From positions 57,970,001 to 58,034,000 of the forward strand of contig CM060734.1 of NCBI GenBank assembly GCA_030704615.1: DNA of 64,000 nt, written 5' to 3'. The position numbers were made by a program, and so were the translations under genes. A model generated the notes under the pieces. It was not told the origin of the DNA and ran no database searches. It was given only the letters and a program-made list of their open reading frames with translations. The stretch comes from Takakia lepidozioides (lineage: Eukaryota > Plantae > Bryophyta). This document shows, one piece after another, positions 11,935-22,600 of this stretch; position 1 is the stretch's first letter; every line of letters starts with the position of its first letter.

Positions 11935-13288
11935 GTGGAGGAGGTGCACATTGTGAGTGTCATTACGGAGTTACCCAAGGGTTTTGAGGGGAGTACGGCT
12001 ACAGGCAGTAACAGTGAGAGTGGGTTCACAAGACGAGGTATTCGGTTCAGACCACCTTCACCGCCACCCTCAATTACTGTAGAGTCAGACACAGACTCGG
12101 AGGCTTCATCAACAGGTGTGCACTTTCATTCGCCATTGTTGTGGGACGACATGGAGGAGATGTATGGAGCTACCAAGGGGCCTCGTAGGTACTCTGGAGC
12201 TGTGGGCACAATCGAGTTGGATGACTTTATCCAGGAGTTCGACAGCTGGTGTGATTTGCAGCAGATGCGCAATCCACAGCTATTCACCCCATTCATGGCG
12301 TGGAAGGGACTGTTCCAGCATTTGGAAGGCCCGCCTATGGACGATTACCACGAGTTCAGGCGAGGACATGAAGCAGAGATTGAGGAGTGGAGGATGTATT
12401 GGTCACCTGACTACGTCTCCATTACTCGAGGCACGACGCGACCAGTAGCTGCATCAGTACCAATAGCTCCCACTGCCAGCACTAGTAGTGGAGCAAGTAG
12501 TGCTGGTACTTCTGCAGGTGGTACCAGTTCAAAAGGTGCTACTACTCCTCCTGCCACAACTACAACACATGTGCCTAGATTCAACCCGGTGGTGGAGTTC
12601 TTCCAGGAGTTGCGGAGGAACTACCAAGGTGTACGGACAGAGAAGCTGCGAAGTTTGCAAGACTTCCAGCGCAAACCCAGTGAGAGCCTGCGAGAGGCGT
12701 ACACTCGTATGAGGCGCTTGATAAGTGTGACCCAAGGGGTTACTGAAGCTCAGGCAATCCAGTTTTGGTATGGAATTCTGGACAAGGAGCTCAAGAGAAG
12801 GGTGCGAGATGCAACCCTGTTACAAGCAGCCCAACCCACATTAGCAGATGTGTTTCTGCTGGCTGAGCGGATTGAGCTCAACATGGTGGAGGAGCGAGTT
12901 GTTACAATTGGATTTGGCAAGGACATGCCTGTACGGGGCACAGCTGTCAGCCCAAGCACAAGGGACTGCCCAACAGCGTGGTCAGGGGGGCAAGGTTGCC
13001 CAGCCCAAGTTCCATGGAGCTTACAGGGGACCTCAGGTGCAGAGGCCCGTGGCATCTTTTGCAGGCCAACAACAACCAGTATGTTGGACATGTGGAGGAC
13101 CCCATGTCAAGAGAGATTGCCCAGAGAGTGGCAGAAGGCCGGCACAAGCACAGCCTGCACAGTTGCAGTGTGGGCATTGTGGCAAGTATGGGCATGGAGA
13201 TGCCCAGTGTTATGACTTGCATCCTGAGTTGCGCCCAGGCCAGTTCCAAGGGAACAATGGTGGCCGGGGCGAGGTGGACCAGCCCTGA
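11935..13288 (+). CDS. Gag (retrotransposon gag domain plus two CCHC zinc knuckles), frameshifted
   Basis: LRSLQDFQRKPSESLREAYTRM (QxxxES-type motif). After a frame change near 12950: CWTCGGPHVKRDC and CGHCGKYGHGDAQC. Confidence 0.85.
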
Positions 13289-14064
13289 GAGGACGAGGTG
13301 GTCGGGCACGAGGTGCAGGCCAAGGGCAAGCTCAACATGGCCAAGGACGCGGAGGTCAGGGTGTTGATCAAGGCATGGCCAACCGGCTTCAGCAGCTAGA
13401 GCAGAGGCTCGCTGCCATGGCTATAGCTCAGGCGGTACCGGCTCCCAGGCGGGATGGTCCACCTCCTGCTCCTGAGGGAGGAGATATGGGAGGCATGGGA
13501 TTATGTGCGGAGCAGCACTACCACTAGAGCAGGTGGAGTCTGCTGCAGCCGTGACTCGAGGAGCAGCACGAGTTCCTGAGCCACGAGGTGCAGAGGTGGA
13601 ATTGGATCCACAGCGTGGGGAGGCAAGCCGTCAGGCAGGCTTCCTCAGTCATTCACATTGGCGGAGACTGTGTCGACGCCATCCATGGCACCTAGTTCTC
13701 GCCCGACTGTTACCGAGGCGGAGGTTACTATGCCATTGGGGAGAGCTACACGTGCAGCATTGACTCCTGCTGCCAAGGCTAGTGCGGCCGGTGTGTTATT
13801 GGGGGCAGCCACCTCTGTGTGTCAGGCCCCACTGTTCTCGGCAACAATGATTGCGACGCCGGGGGTGAGACCAGCTGCAGTGTTCAGACTAGCAGCAACA
13901 CTCTGTGAGAGTGGGGAGGTCACTTCATCTTCTGCGGAGTTAGTGGAAGGTGTAGTGGCAGAGGGATCCTCGGATTTGAGGGTCAAGACTGCCACGGCTG
14001 CGCCATGGCAAGCTGCAGCTGCCAGGTTGACGGAGCTGCCAGCTAGGCCAGCTTTGAGCGCGCC

Positions 14065-14513
14065 ATGGTGACACCTGGAGTTGTCTTGTTAGACAACCAG
14101 GGAGGCATTTTCACTTTGAGTGGACCGGCAGGCAAGAAGTACCGGCCACTGCGGGTCTTGTTGGACTCAGGAGCTCAGCCACTGATGTTGGGCAGAGCTG
14201 CTATTGCAGGTTTGGGCCTCATGGAGGCGGATATGGAGCCTTGTCCTTTCCAGATACAGACATCTCTGGGAGGATCAGAGCAGGCTCGGGCATGACACGG
14301 CATCAGTTGGCTATTAGACTGCAGCCGGATCATCCTGTAGATGGCTCAGTGATGCGAGCCAAGGCCATTGTGACAGACGCGGTCTCTTACGATGTCCTCG
14401 TTGGTGGGGCAGTGTTATACCCCATGGGCTTCACCCTGGATTTTGGGAGGAGTCAGCATCCTACAGGCCTGGATGGCAGTCAGGGGATGGTCGCCGTGCA
14501 CAGCTCCCTGTGA
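14065..14513 (+). CDS. Retroviral-type aspartic protease (frameshifted)
   Basis: VLLDSGAQP active site, with YDVLVGGAVL downstream in the next frame. Confidence 0.85.
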
Positions 14514-16006
14514 CATTCATTGGGGGTATAGCGGCTGCCCAGCGGGGCAAGATGCCAACACTAGCCGCCTTTACAGCTGCAGTTAGTTGGCCTGGAGAGT
14601 TGCTGGAAGGCAATGCCCATGCAGAGGATGTGCCACCTCCAGCAGAGCAGGATGACATGCATGGTATGGCGGAGTTGTCTGCCATGGTTGCTCACACTCC
14701 ATTGTGGGGTACGAGCAAGGATTTGCAGCAGGTTGCTGATCGACGGGTGCAACAAGCCTGGGTAGAGGCTTTTGTTCCGTCAGGAGAGGAGGAGAGTGCG
14801 GGTATTGCACCAGGACCACCTCAGTTGTCGCCATTGGACACCACACCTCTTGTGTGGCAGCGGCCGGATGAAGGCATATGCCTTCTGGACTTGTTTGGCG
14901 GGATCAGCACTGGATTGGCTGCAGTGCTGCAGGCAGGTGTACGAGTTCGACGTTACCTGTATGTGGAGAGGGATGAGACTGCACGACGCGTCTCACTGCG
15001 CCATGTTGCTCAGATGGTGCAGCAGCACCCTGAGTTGTTGCCGGTGTCTGCAGTTCGTGGATATCAGCAGGCCTTGCCAGCAGACATTGCGTTGCTGGGG
15101 GCGCAGGATTTGGAGCGGGTTGGCTCCATTGATCTGGTAGTGGCAGGTTGGCCCTGCCAAGGGCATTCATCAGCCGGGCATGGCAATGGATTGCGAGACT
15201 CGAGGACGGGTCTGTTTTGGGAGATGGTGCGGATTTTGCGCCACTTGCAGCTTCATCAGGCTGTATCTCCGGCATACATCTTGGAGAATGTGCCACTGAT
15301 GGGTGATTCTCGGGCCAGGGTGATGGCCAGTGTGCATCAAGTCCGGTCGTGGCTTGGGTCAGCAGTGTTGCTGGATGCAGCTGCAGTGGGGTCACGGGCT
15401 CATCGTCCACGGCTTTGGTGGACTAACTTGATGCCACCCGCACTGCTCAAGCGTGCATTTGATGGGGTGCAGCGCCCAAAACACCTCACCGTGGATGGCA
15501 TTTTGGACACAGGGAGGCAGTCTCAACGTGTGAGACACGATGACCGTTCGCCTTTGGCAGTGGTCAACAGGGTGGGTCACCCACGAGCAGCATTACCTAC
15601 ACTGCTCAGCTTCCCAGGATCCCATGCTTTTCGGGATGGTGGACCTGGCCTCCTGTGGGATGCTCAGTTGCAGCAGTTAGTGGAGCCTAATGCCGACGAG
15701 CGAGAGCGGGCTATGGGGTTTTCCACTGGGACCACGGCGGTGCCTTCTCTTTCTGAGGCATCACGGCGTCAGGTGTTGGGGCAAGCAATGGATCTCAATT
15801 GCTTGACCTGGATTATCAGCTTGGCTATGGCTGAGCAACGTAGAGTGCGGAGTGCACTTCCCTTGACGGTCTCTCTGCCTACCGAGACGGTACAGGCAGC
15901 GAGTGGGGGCGAGCCGGTGAGGACCACGAGGTGTAGACATCCATGGCACGTGGGAGGTGCTCGAGGTTCAGAGGGAGTTGGCAGCCAAGGCAGCTGTGAT
16001 GGATGA
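14510..16006 (+). CDS. DNMT3-like C5 cytosine DNA methyltransferase domain within pol (core ~14876-15830)
   Basis: Motif I LDLFGGISTG; II YVERD; IV VAGWPCQG (catalytic PC); VI ILENV; VIII DAAAVGSRAHRPRLWWTN; IX ERERAMGF; X SRRQVLGQAM. All are in canonical order in one open frame. Confidence 0.93.
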   Translation: MTFIGGIAAAQRGKMPTLAAFTAAVSWPGELLEGNAHAEDVPPPAEQDDMHGMAELSAMVAHTPLWGTSKDLQQVADRRVQQAWVEAFVPSGEEESAGIAPGPPQLSPLDTTPLVWQRPDEGICLLDLFGGISTGLAAVLQAGVRVRRYLYVERDETARRVSLRHVAQMVQQHPELLPVSAVRGYQQALPADIALLGAQDLERVGSIDLVVAGWPCQGHSSAGHGNGLRDSRTGLFWEMVRILRHLQLHQAVSPAYILENVPLMGDSRARVMASVHQVRSWLGSAVLLDAAAVGSRAHRPRLWWTNLMPPALLKRAFDGVQRPKHLTVDGILDTGRQSQRVRHDDRSPLAVVNRVGHPRAALPTLLSFPGSHAFRDGGPGLLWDAQLQQLVEPNADERERAMGFSTGTTAVPSLSEASRRQVLGQAMDLNCLTWIISLAMAEQRRVRSALPLTVSLPTETVQAASGGEPVRTTRCRHPWHVGGARGSEGVGSQGSCDG

Positions 16007-16280
16007 GGTTGGGGATTCTTCTCGGGATGAGGAGGTTCTCAATGATGAGATGATGGGGCAGGATGAGGCCTTGTCATTGACTGAGCAGGAAGGGGGTACT
16101 GCTCAAGAGGTTGCAGCATAGCAACCACGGGACGCGTCCTCTACCTCTAAGCCCACTGGACTTAAGGTTGCAGTTACGGAGGACAATTGGGAGCCTGACA
16201 TTGGACCCATTGTCACCGGAGGAGAGAGACGACGTATACGGCGGTTCCTGAGGGCTTACAGGAATTGCTTTGCCTTCAGT

Positions 16281-17606
16281 TTGAAGGACTTGGGAGCACT
16301 GAAGGGTCAAGAGATCCGTATTGAGTTGGCCACTGACACGCCAATCTTTCGGAGACCCTATAGATACAGTGACATGGAGAGGTCTTTGATTCAGATGAGG
16401 ACTCAAGATCTCTGGGAGGCAGGTTTGGTGGAGCTCTCTGGTGGAGAGTATGCTTCAGCCACAGTGATGCCAGCTAAGAAGGATGTCTATGGCAATTGGA
16501 CGGAGAGACGTATGTGCGGTGATTACCGGCCTGTAAATCGTCAGACCAAGTCCGATAGGTATGCCATGCCAACACCAGAGGAGATCTTTGATGCCATTGG
16601 GCATTCCAAGGTCTTTAGCACGTTGGATTTACGATCCGGATATCACCAGTTGCCGATCAAGGAGGCGGATAAGCAAAAGACGGCATTCTGGGGGATCAAT
16701 GAGCACGGGAAGGATTGCCTATACCAGTGGCGGTTCTTACCATTTGGGCTTAAAAACGCTCCCGCTGAGTTTCAAAGAGTCATGGACAGGATTCTAGCAG
16801 GGGTGGAGTTTGCTCGGTGCTACATAGATGACATCATCATCTTTAGTGCTACGGTGGAGGAGCATGAGAGACACCTTCAGGGGGTATTTGAGCGCTTGAG
16901 GACGCACGGATTGAAGTTACATCCGGGCAAGTGCAAGTTTTTCCACAACCAGATTGAGTATCTGGGTCACATGATATATCCTGGAGGATTGGGGGTACAG
17001 CAGACTAAGGTAGAGTCCATTGCACAGGTTCCACGCCCCACGGATGTGAGCCGAGTTCGAGCTTTCATGGGGTTAGCAAACTATTACAGACGGTTTGTTA
17101 AGGGATTTAGTGCCATTGCAAAGGCTCTAACCAAGCTGACCAAGGTGGACCAGGAGTGGCAGTGGGAAGATGAGCAAGAACAAGCTTTTCAAGAGCTCAA
17201 GGCGAGGTTGACCTCGGCGCCCATCTTGAGACGACCTATCAGGGGGCGTCCTTTTCAGCTGCATACAGATTGGAGCATGCTGGGGCTTGGAGCGGTGCTC
17301 ACACAGGTGGATGATGAGGGAAGAGAGTTCGTAGTGGCTTATGCTAGCCGCTCGAACAATGCTGCAGAGTCTAAGTATAGCTCATATGAGGGAGAATGCT
17401 TAGCTGCAGTGTGGGCCGTGGCACACTTCAGGTGCTATCTATACGGCAAATCTCTTCACCCTTGTCACGGATCACCAACCACTCAAGTGGTTGATGGAGT
17501 CAGACAAGCTTACGGGAAGCTTGCACGGTGGGCACTCATCCTTCAAGAGTATGACTTTCAGGTGGTGCATCGACCGGGTTTGGTCAATCGAATGCAGATG
17601 GGTTGA
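16281..17606 (+). CDS. Ty3/gypsy reverse transcriptase and RNase H
   Basis: RMCGDYRPVN, LDLRSGYHQ, LPFGLKNAP, YIDD, LHTDWS, YSSYEGECLA, ARWALILQEYDF. Confidence 0.97.
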   Translation: MKDLGALKGQEIRIELATDTPIFRRPYRYSDMERSLIQMRTQDLWEAGLVELSGGEYASATVMPAKKDVYGNWTERRMCGDYRPVNRQTKSDRYAMPTPEEIFDAIGHSKVFSTLDLRSGYHQLPIKEADKQKTAFWGINEHGKDCLYQWRFLPFGLKNAPAEFQRVMDRILAGVEFARCYIDDIIIFSATVEEHERHLQGVFERLRTHGLKLHPGKCKFFHNQIEYLGHMIYPGGLGVQQTKVESIAQVPRPTDVSRVRAFMGLANYYRRFVKGFSAIAKALTKLTKVDQEWQWEDEQEQAFQELKARLTSAPILRRPIRGRPFQLHTDWSMLGLGAVLTQVDDEGREFVVAYASRSNNAAESKYSSYEGECLAAVWAVAHFRCYLYGKSLHPCHGSPTTQVVDGVRQAYGKLARWALILQEYDFQVVHRPGLVNRMQMG

Positions 17607-19246
17607 GTCGCAATCCATGCACGAGCCAGCAGGATGACACTGGAGCTCGGTGGCATGGTGAGACGGACGAGGAGATGGTGCCCGGATGGCATGCATCTGC
17701 ATTTCTGTGTATCTTGGCAGCGGAAGGCCAGGTTGGACCTGCAACAGGGATGACTGTAGATCAAGTGTCTGAGGACCCTGAGGCCAGCAATGAGCAAGGT
17801 GGCGCCAAAGATATACATGAGGATTCAGTTGTGTTGGACTACCTCCGCAGTGGAGACACGGCAGCCAATGAGAGGGATCGGATCCTACAACGAGCCAAGA
17901 GGTTCAAGTGGGAGGGGACACACCTGCTCCGAGTGTGGGAGGATGGTCGAGTGAGGATTGTGCCTCACCCAACACAGCGGGCACGGTTAGTGCGGCATGC
18001 CCATGAGGAGTTGGGGCATTTTGGGGTGCGACGCACTCATAGTCTACTGCAGGGGCAGTATTGGTGGCGTGGTATGCACACAGAGGTGCAACAATTTGTG
18101 GCTAGGTGCATGGTGTGTGACAGGGTGCGTGCTTCATTCAACGCCCCTACTCCACAATTGCACCCTCTTCCGATCATGGGATTGGGCTACAGGTGGAGTC
18201 TTGACTTCGCAGGGCCGTTGCCACTGACCATGCGCCACAACAAGTACGTGTTGGTGATGGTGGAGCACTTCTCCAAGTGGATTGAATTGGTTCCATTGCC
18301 TGATAAGCTAGTGAGGGAGCTGCGTATGCATTCCTGGATTGTGTGCTTAGCCGATTCGGTGCTCAGCTGAGGTACTCACGGACCAAGGGAGAGAGTTCTT
18401 GGGGGAGTTTCAGGCTTTGTGTGACAAGGCCTTGATAGACCACCGCACCACTTCTCGGGATCATCCTGAAGCGATGGCTTGGCAGAGAGAGTTGTTCAGA
18501 CGACAGTGAAGAGGGGGTTTGCGCAAGTATGGCTTGCAGAAGGGACACCTAGGAGATTGGGACCTTCAGTTACCCTGGTTAGCCATGGGCTACAGGTTCA
18601 GCAAAGCAAGCATCACTTGCCTCCTTCTCACCATACTTTCTTCTCTTTGGCCGAGAGCCGGATTTGCCTACATCCATTCGCAGAGAATGCTGCTACAGTT
18701 CTTAATCTTGACGATCCGGACATGTGGGCACGTGCATGTGAGCAGCGTGCAGAGTTGTTCAAGAGAGTCATGCCCATGGCTTTCGAGAACCTTGCCATTG
18801 CACAACACCGTGATACGTTGAGGTATGCTACCATACGTGGTGGGGGCTATCGTCCTGGGGTTCGGAGATTCAACCCTGGTGACTATGTCTATCTGCAGCA
18901 GACTGCTCCTACGACCCTGGATGTGACTGCAGGACGTGTTATTTTGAGGGTTCGAGAGGTCTTGCCCTCAGGCGTCTTGGTCTTGGAGGGTCGGGATGGC
19001 ATAACTTGGAAGGACCATGTGCGTAATTGTGCGCCATGTCACCTTCCGAATGTCGATGGCAGGATTGACCCAAACCTGGCAGTGGTAACTGCAGGTTTGA
19101 GGTGCATGTTGTGTGGGTCTGCTAAAGGGGCAGCCACCATGCTGGTATGTGATCGGTGCTCTAGAGGCTGGCATATGGGATGCTTGACTCCACCTCTTGA
19201 GATGGTTCCAGATGGGGATTGGTTATGTCCACATTGCATTGGATAG
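17603..19246 (+). CDS. Integrase (HHCC finger and DDE core, frameshifted) with C-terminal PHD finger
   Basis: HEELGH...CMVC; WSLDFAGPLP; LTDQGREF region near 18375; AERVVQT; C-terminal CMLC...VCDRC...WHMGC...WLCPHC (C4HC3). Confidence 0.92.
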
Positions 19247-19499
19247 TGGGAGTGGATACAACCATGGAAGGCTAACAAGAAACGCAAGGCCCAACTACTA
19301 TGAGACCTTGAACACACGAGATCCTGGCTCAAGTTCATAGATTGCAAGACGGCGACTAACGATGGGGCTACTCTTGTACCCGGCCCCTTGGTCTATAGAG
19401 TTTGAGTACAGTGATAGAGGACAGTGATAGAGGACTTAGTACGGCTGTGGCTATTACATCTTGTAGCTATCTGGCGGTAGAGGGACCTATCCACCAGCT

Positions 19500-19509
19500 A
19501 GGGGGGCGA
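19500..19509 (+). promoter_or_regulatory. Polypurine tract
   Basis: aggggggcga directly precedes t-TGTGGTAG, the start of repeat B1. Confidence 0.75.
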
Positions 19510-19510
19510 T

Positions 19511-20032
19511 TGTGGTAGACTACTTTATTGTGCATATATGTGTGGTGTGGTTTGGACAGCGATGTAGTTGTGTAGCGATATGTATGCGCACGACAGCTGT
19601 CAAGTTAAATAAGCACAGTGTGAAAACAGCTAGCATAAAACTAGTTATTTGTATTTAACACTTGGATTTAGGTCAAGTGTTAAATCAGGTGTCAAGTTTA
19701 GTTTGACACCTGGTCCGTCTTATCTTCACGAGAGCGGCAGTCGCGCGGCTCATCTCTCTCGAGTTGAGCCTGCGCGACCGAGCTCCTGCATCGTTTAGGA
19801 TTGAGAGTGCTTATGATGGGAGTGTAGGTTGTTGTGGGGTGGAGTCCCCATAGCTTGGGGTGCCCCTGGCTCGACTACTATTTCAAAGAGTGATGGTTTT
19901 GGTTTTCATGTTTTGTGTCAACAGTGTGTTCTTTGGTTTTCTATCATTGTGGTAGACTACTTTATTGTGCATATATGTGTGGTGTGGTTTGGACAGCGAT
20001 GTAGTTGTGTAGCGATATGTATGCGCACGACA
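19511..20032 (+). repeat. 3' repeat block B1(19511-19595)-gc-A2(19598-19946)-t-B2(19948-20032)
   Basis: 85-bp B (tgtggtagactac...gcgcacgaca) occurs twice, flanking a full copy of A. Confidence 0.95.
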
Positions 20033-22522
20033 GATGATACCGTCATTAAATCGGTGAACAAAGTCCATGCCTTTTAGATCCATGCCTTTTAATTCTGTGT
20101 GGCCTAGTCCTAATAAGGCTGGTCGAGCAGTGGGGTCCGCCACCTCATTAACGTAGGCCCGAACTACCTCCATGCCTCAAGGATTTCGAATTTTTTTTGC
20201 TTAGGACATTTGTAACTACATGCATGAAATAAGGTAGTTACATGAAATAACTACCTTCATGCAGGTAGTTACAAGACTTTCTGCACTAAAAAACATGTTG
20301 AGAAAAAACATATTGAACCACCATCATGCAAATACAGGTGCAAAACCACCTCAATGGAGGTAGTCATGATCAGCACCAACCACCAATTTTATGTTCCAAC
20401 CTGTAACCTCCAAGATGACACTGCACATCTATACCATCAAGCTGCATCCCCAACACTAGCTGTAATGCAATCGTTTATCAAACTAGGGCTTCGCGCTGCT
20501 CTGCACTACTAGCGACGACTTCTAAGAACTATGTTCAAGTTTCACAAAAAGGGGTGGGTCATCCCCATGGTCTTACATACATGTAAATTTGTATTTTGTC
20601 CTTCGTTTAACATTTATTTCATTTGCTTGAGAGTTTTGTTCAAATTTATGTTTTTCCCTTCATGTGGCATTCAGTGTTCTTTATTTGAAGCATATTTTCC
20701 AAGCCTCTTAGGGGTAGCAGTTTGTTTTTTCAAATTCATTTGAAGAGAAAATTGATAATGATTGTCAGCTATGTCTCGATATAGGCTGATAAAAATAATG
20801 GTCTTGATAGAGATGATGGTCTCGATATTGATATTTGGTTTCAAAGGTTTTCAAATGTCTATTCTCTGCTCTACCAAACTATGCTTTTGCTCCATTTATC
20901 ATCTTTAGGTTTTATATCATGTGGTGCTTGGGCAGATAATTTGACCCCTATGAGTTGAAACAAAACTCCGGGTTTTTTATTCATGGAAGTTCATCCAATA
21001 TCTAATGTTGCACTTGATGGCAACAAGATCCCCTGAATGTATGGAATCTCCATTCATTTGTTGTCCATTTTCATTTTACACCTCTACAATGTTGTATATG
21101 TCATTTGTCACTTGTTTTTTGACGTTTCACGTTACTAGATGTTGAGCCAGAGTTTTTGGCGTTAGATTTTTGGAGCTTTTGTAAAGCTTAGATTACTTCC
21201 ACCCATCCATGTCAAATCTTCGCAGGTCATTTTTCAGTAATTTGTCCATTCAGTGATCTTATTTGCGTAGTCAAATAAAAAAATGACTATCTTCGAGCAA
21301 AATAGAAAATTTCGCCTAATGGAGTTTTTTCCTAGAACGAGACACACTTATAGTTTCCAGTTTTCTCAAGGTACAGGAATTTCGTTGCATTTGACAATCT
21401 TGGGATATCAAATGCGAAGCATGAGGCAGAGCTTTAAATTTAGACAGTCCAAAATTTGATAAGAATTAGAGTTTTTATATCGAATGTTTTCCAAGTTGTT
21501 TTTGTTTCAACTTTGCTTATAAAGTATCTTGTCTTTAAAACGTGTACGTATCTTATTAAACAAGAGGTTCGAGCTTTGAAATTTGCGAATGTGTTTCAAT
21601 TCTGATTTTAGGATTATTCACTCTAATTGTTGAGTTTAGACAGTGCTTTCAAAATTGCAAGTCTTTGTTCTCATATATATTGTGATTCTATCAAAGCTCT
21701 TGCTATATCCTCAAGTGAACAAGATCACACTTTTAGTTCCATTATGTTTTTCTTAATAATATTCTCTTTTTAAATAAGTTCACTTGAGAAACATTAAGAG
21801 TTGGAAGATTGTGGAGTTCTTGCAAAATGTGAAAGTGACCAAGCTGCCAATGAGGATTAATTTCATGATAACATAACGTGTTGCACATGAGTTATTATGC
21901 TAGGTGGCTTGATTTAAAAAGAAAGTAGTTAGAACAAAATATAACACCATATTTGACAATACAAAAAATTACTACGATCAATGCATGACACCAAAATGTA
22001 TAAGCATGTTGTGACCCAAAATGACTTGCAAAGTGTATAAATTATAAATTGTATCCATAAAAAATAAAATCCAGAGGGATCAAAAGACATATTTGTTCTT
22101 AAAAGTAATGCTCGCTATGAAAGTGAAAGTGACCAATGATTGTTTAAAGGAACATAATAAAATGGATTTTGGTAATGTAATAGCAAACACATATTGTCCT
22201 TGTTATACTATGGAGATGTGTTTGCCAATTCCAAGGGTTTTGAGTTATTCAATCAAAACTCTTTTTCTCCTCCTAAGTATAACAATGATGAACTTCGGTT
22301 TGTTGCTAGAATGTATATGGGCCATCACTTATCCCCACCAGGATCAAGGTCATTATTTTTCAATCTCAATAATTTTTCATTAAGTTTGGATAGATTACTG
22401 GCATTAGAACTCCCATTGAAACAATTGACTTATGATATGGGAGTTCTTTTTTGCCTCATTAACTATGAGGCCAATCAAATGGGAGGGACATTCAGTTTGT
22501 AGTTGGTGCAAGACTTTGTGGT

Positions 22523-22600
22523 GAGCTGGAAGGGAGTAGCCTTGGGGTGAAGAGACACCATAAGTTACGCTCCCGAAGACGCCCTTCAGGAGGCGTCTAT
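22523..22600 (+). mobile_element. SINE 3' fragment
   Basis: gctggaagggagtagccttggggtgaagagacaccataagttacgct...ttcaggaggcgtct matches parts of 5975-6015, 42217-42255 and (inverted) 49049-49085. Confidence 0.55.

Larger units (their letters stand above)
8034..20032 (+). mobile_element. Ty3/gypsy retrotransposon encoding a C5 DNA methyltransferase and PHD-integrase, with split terminal repeats (A-internal-B-A-B)
   Basis: Termini TGTC...GACA. 4-bp TSD GATG at 8030-8033 and 20033-20036. Domain order gag-PR-DNMT-RT-RH-IN-PHD. The repeat copies look identical by eye. Confidence 0.93.

Noticed and set aside
14510-16006. Host DRM/DNMT3 gene or bacterial restriction-modification methylase contamination
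   Set aside because: It is intronless and embedded between protease and RT within TSD-bounded repeats, and the flanks are plant nuclear genes.
8034-20032. DIRS/Ngaro tyrosine-recombinase element, suggested by the split repeats
   Set aside because: It has a protease, gypsy RT, HHCC-DDE integrase, PPT and a 4-bp TSD. No tyrosine recombinase motif was recognised.
20480-22500. Non-autonomous Helitron on the minus strand (CTAG end at ~20483)
   Set aside because: The hairpin is imperfect and no 5' end or second copy supports it.
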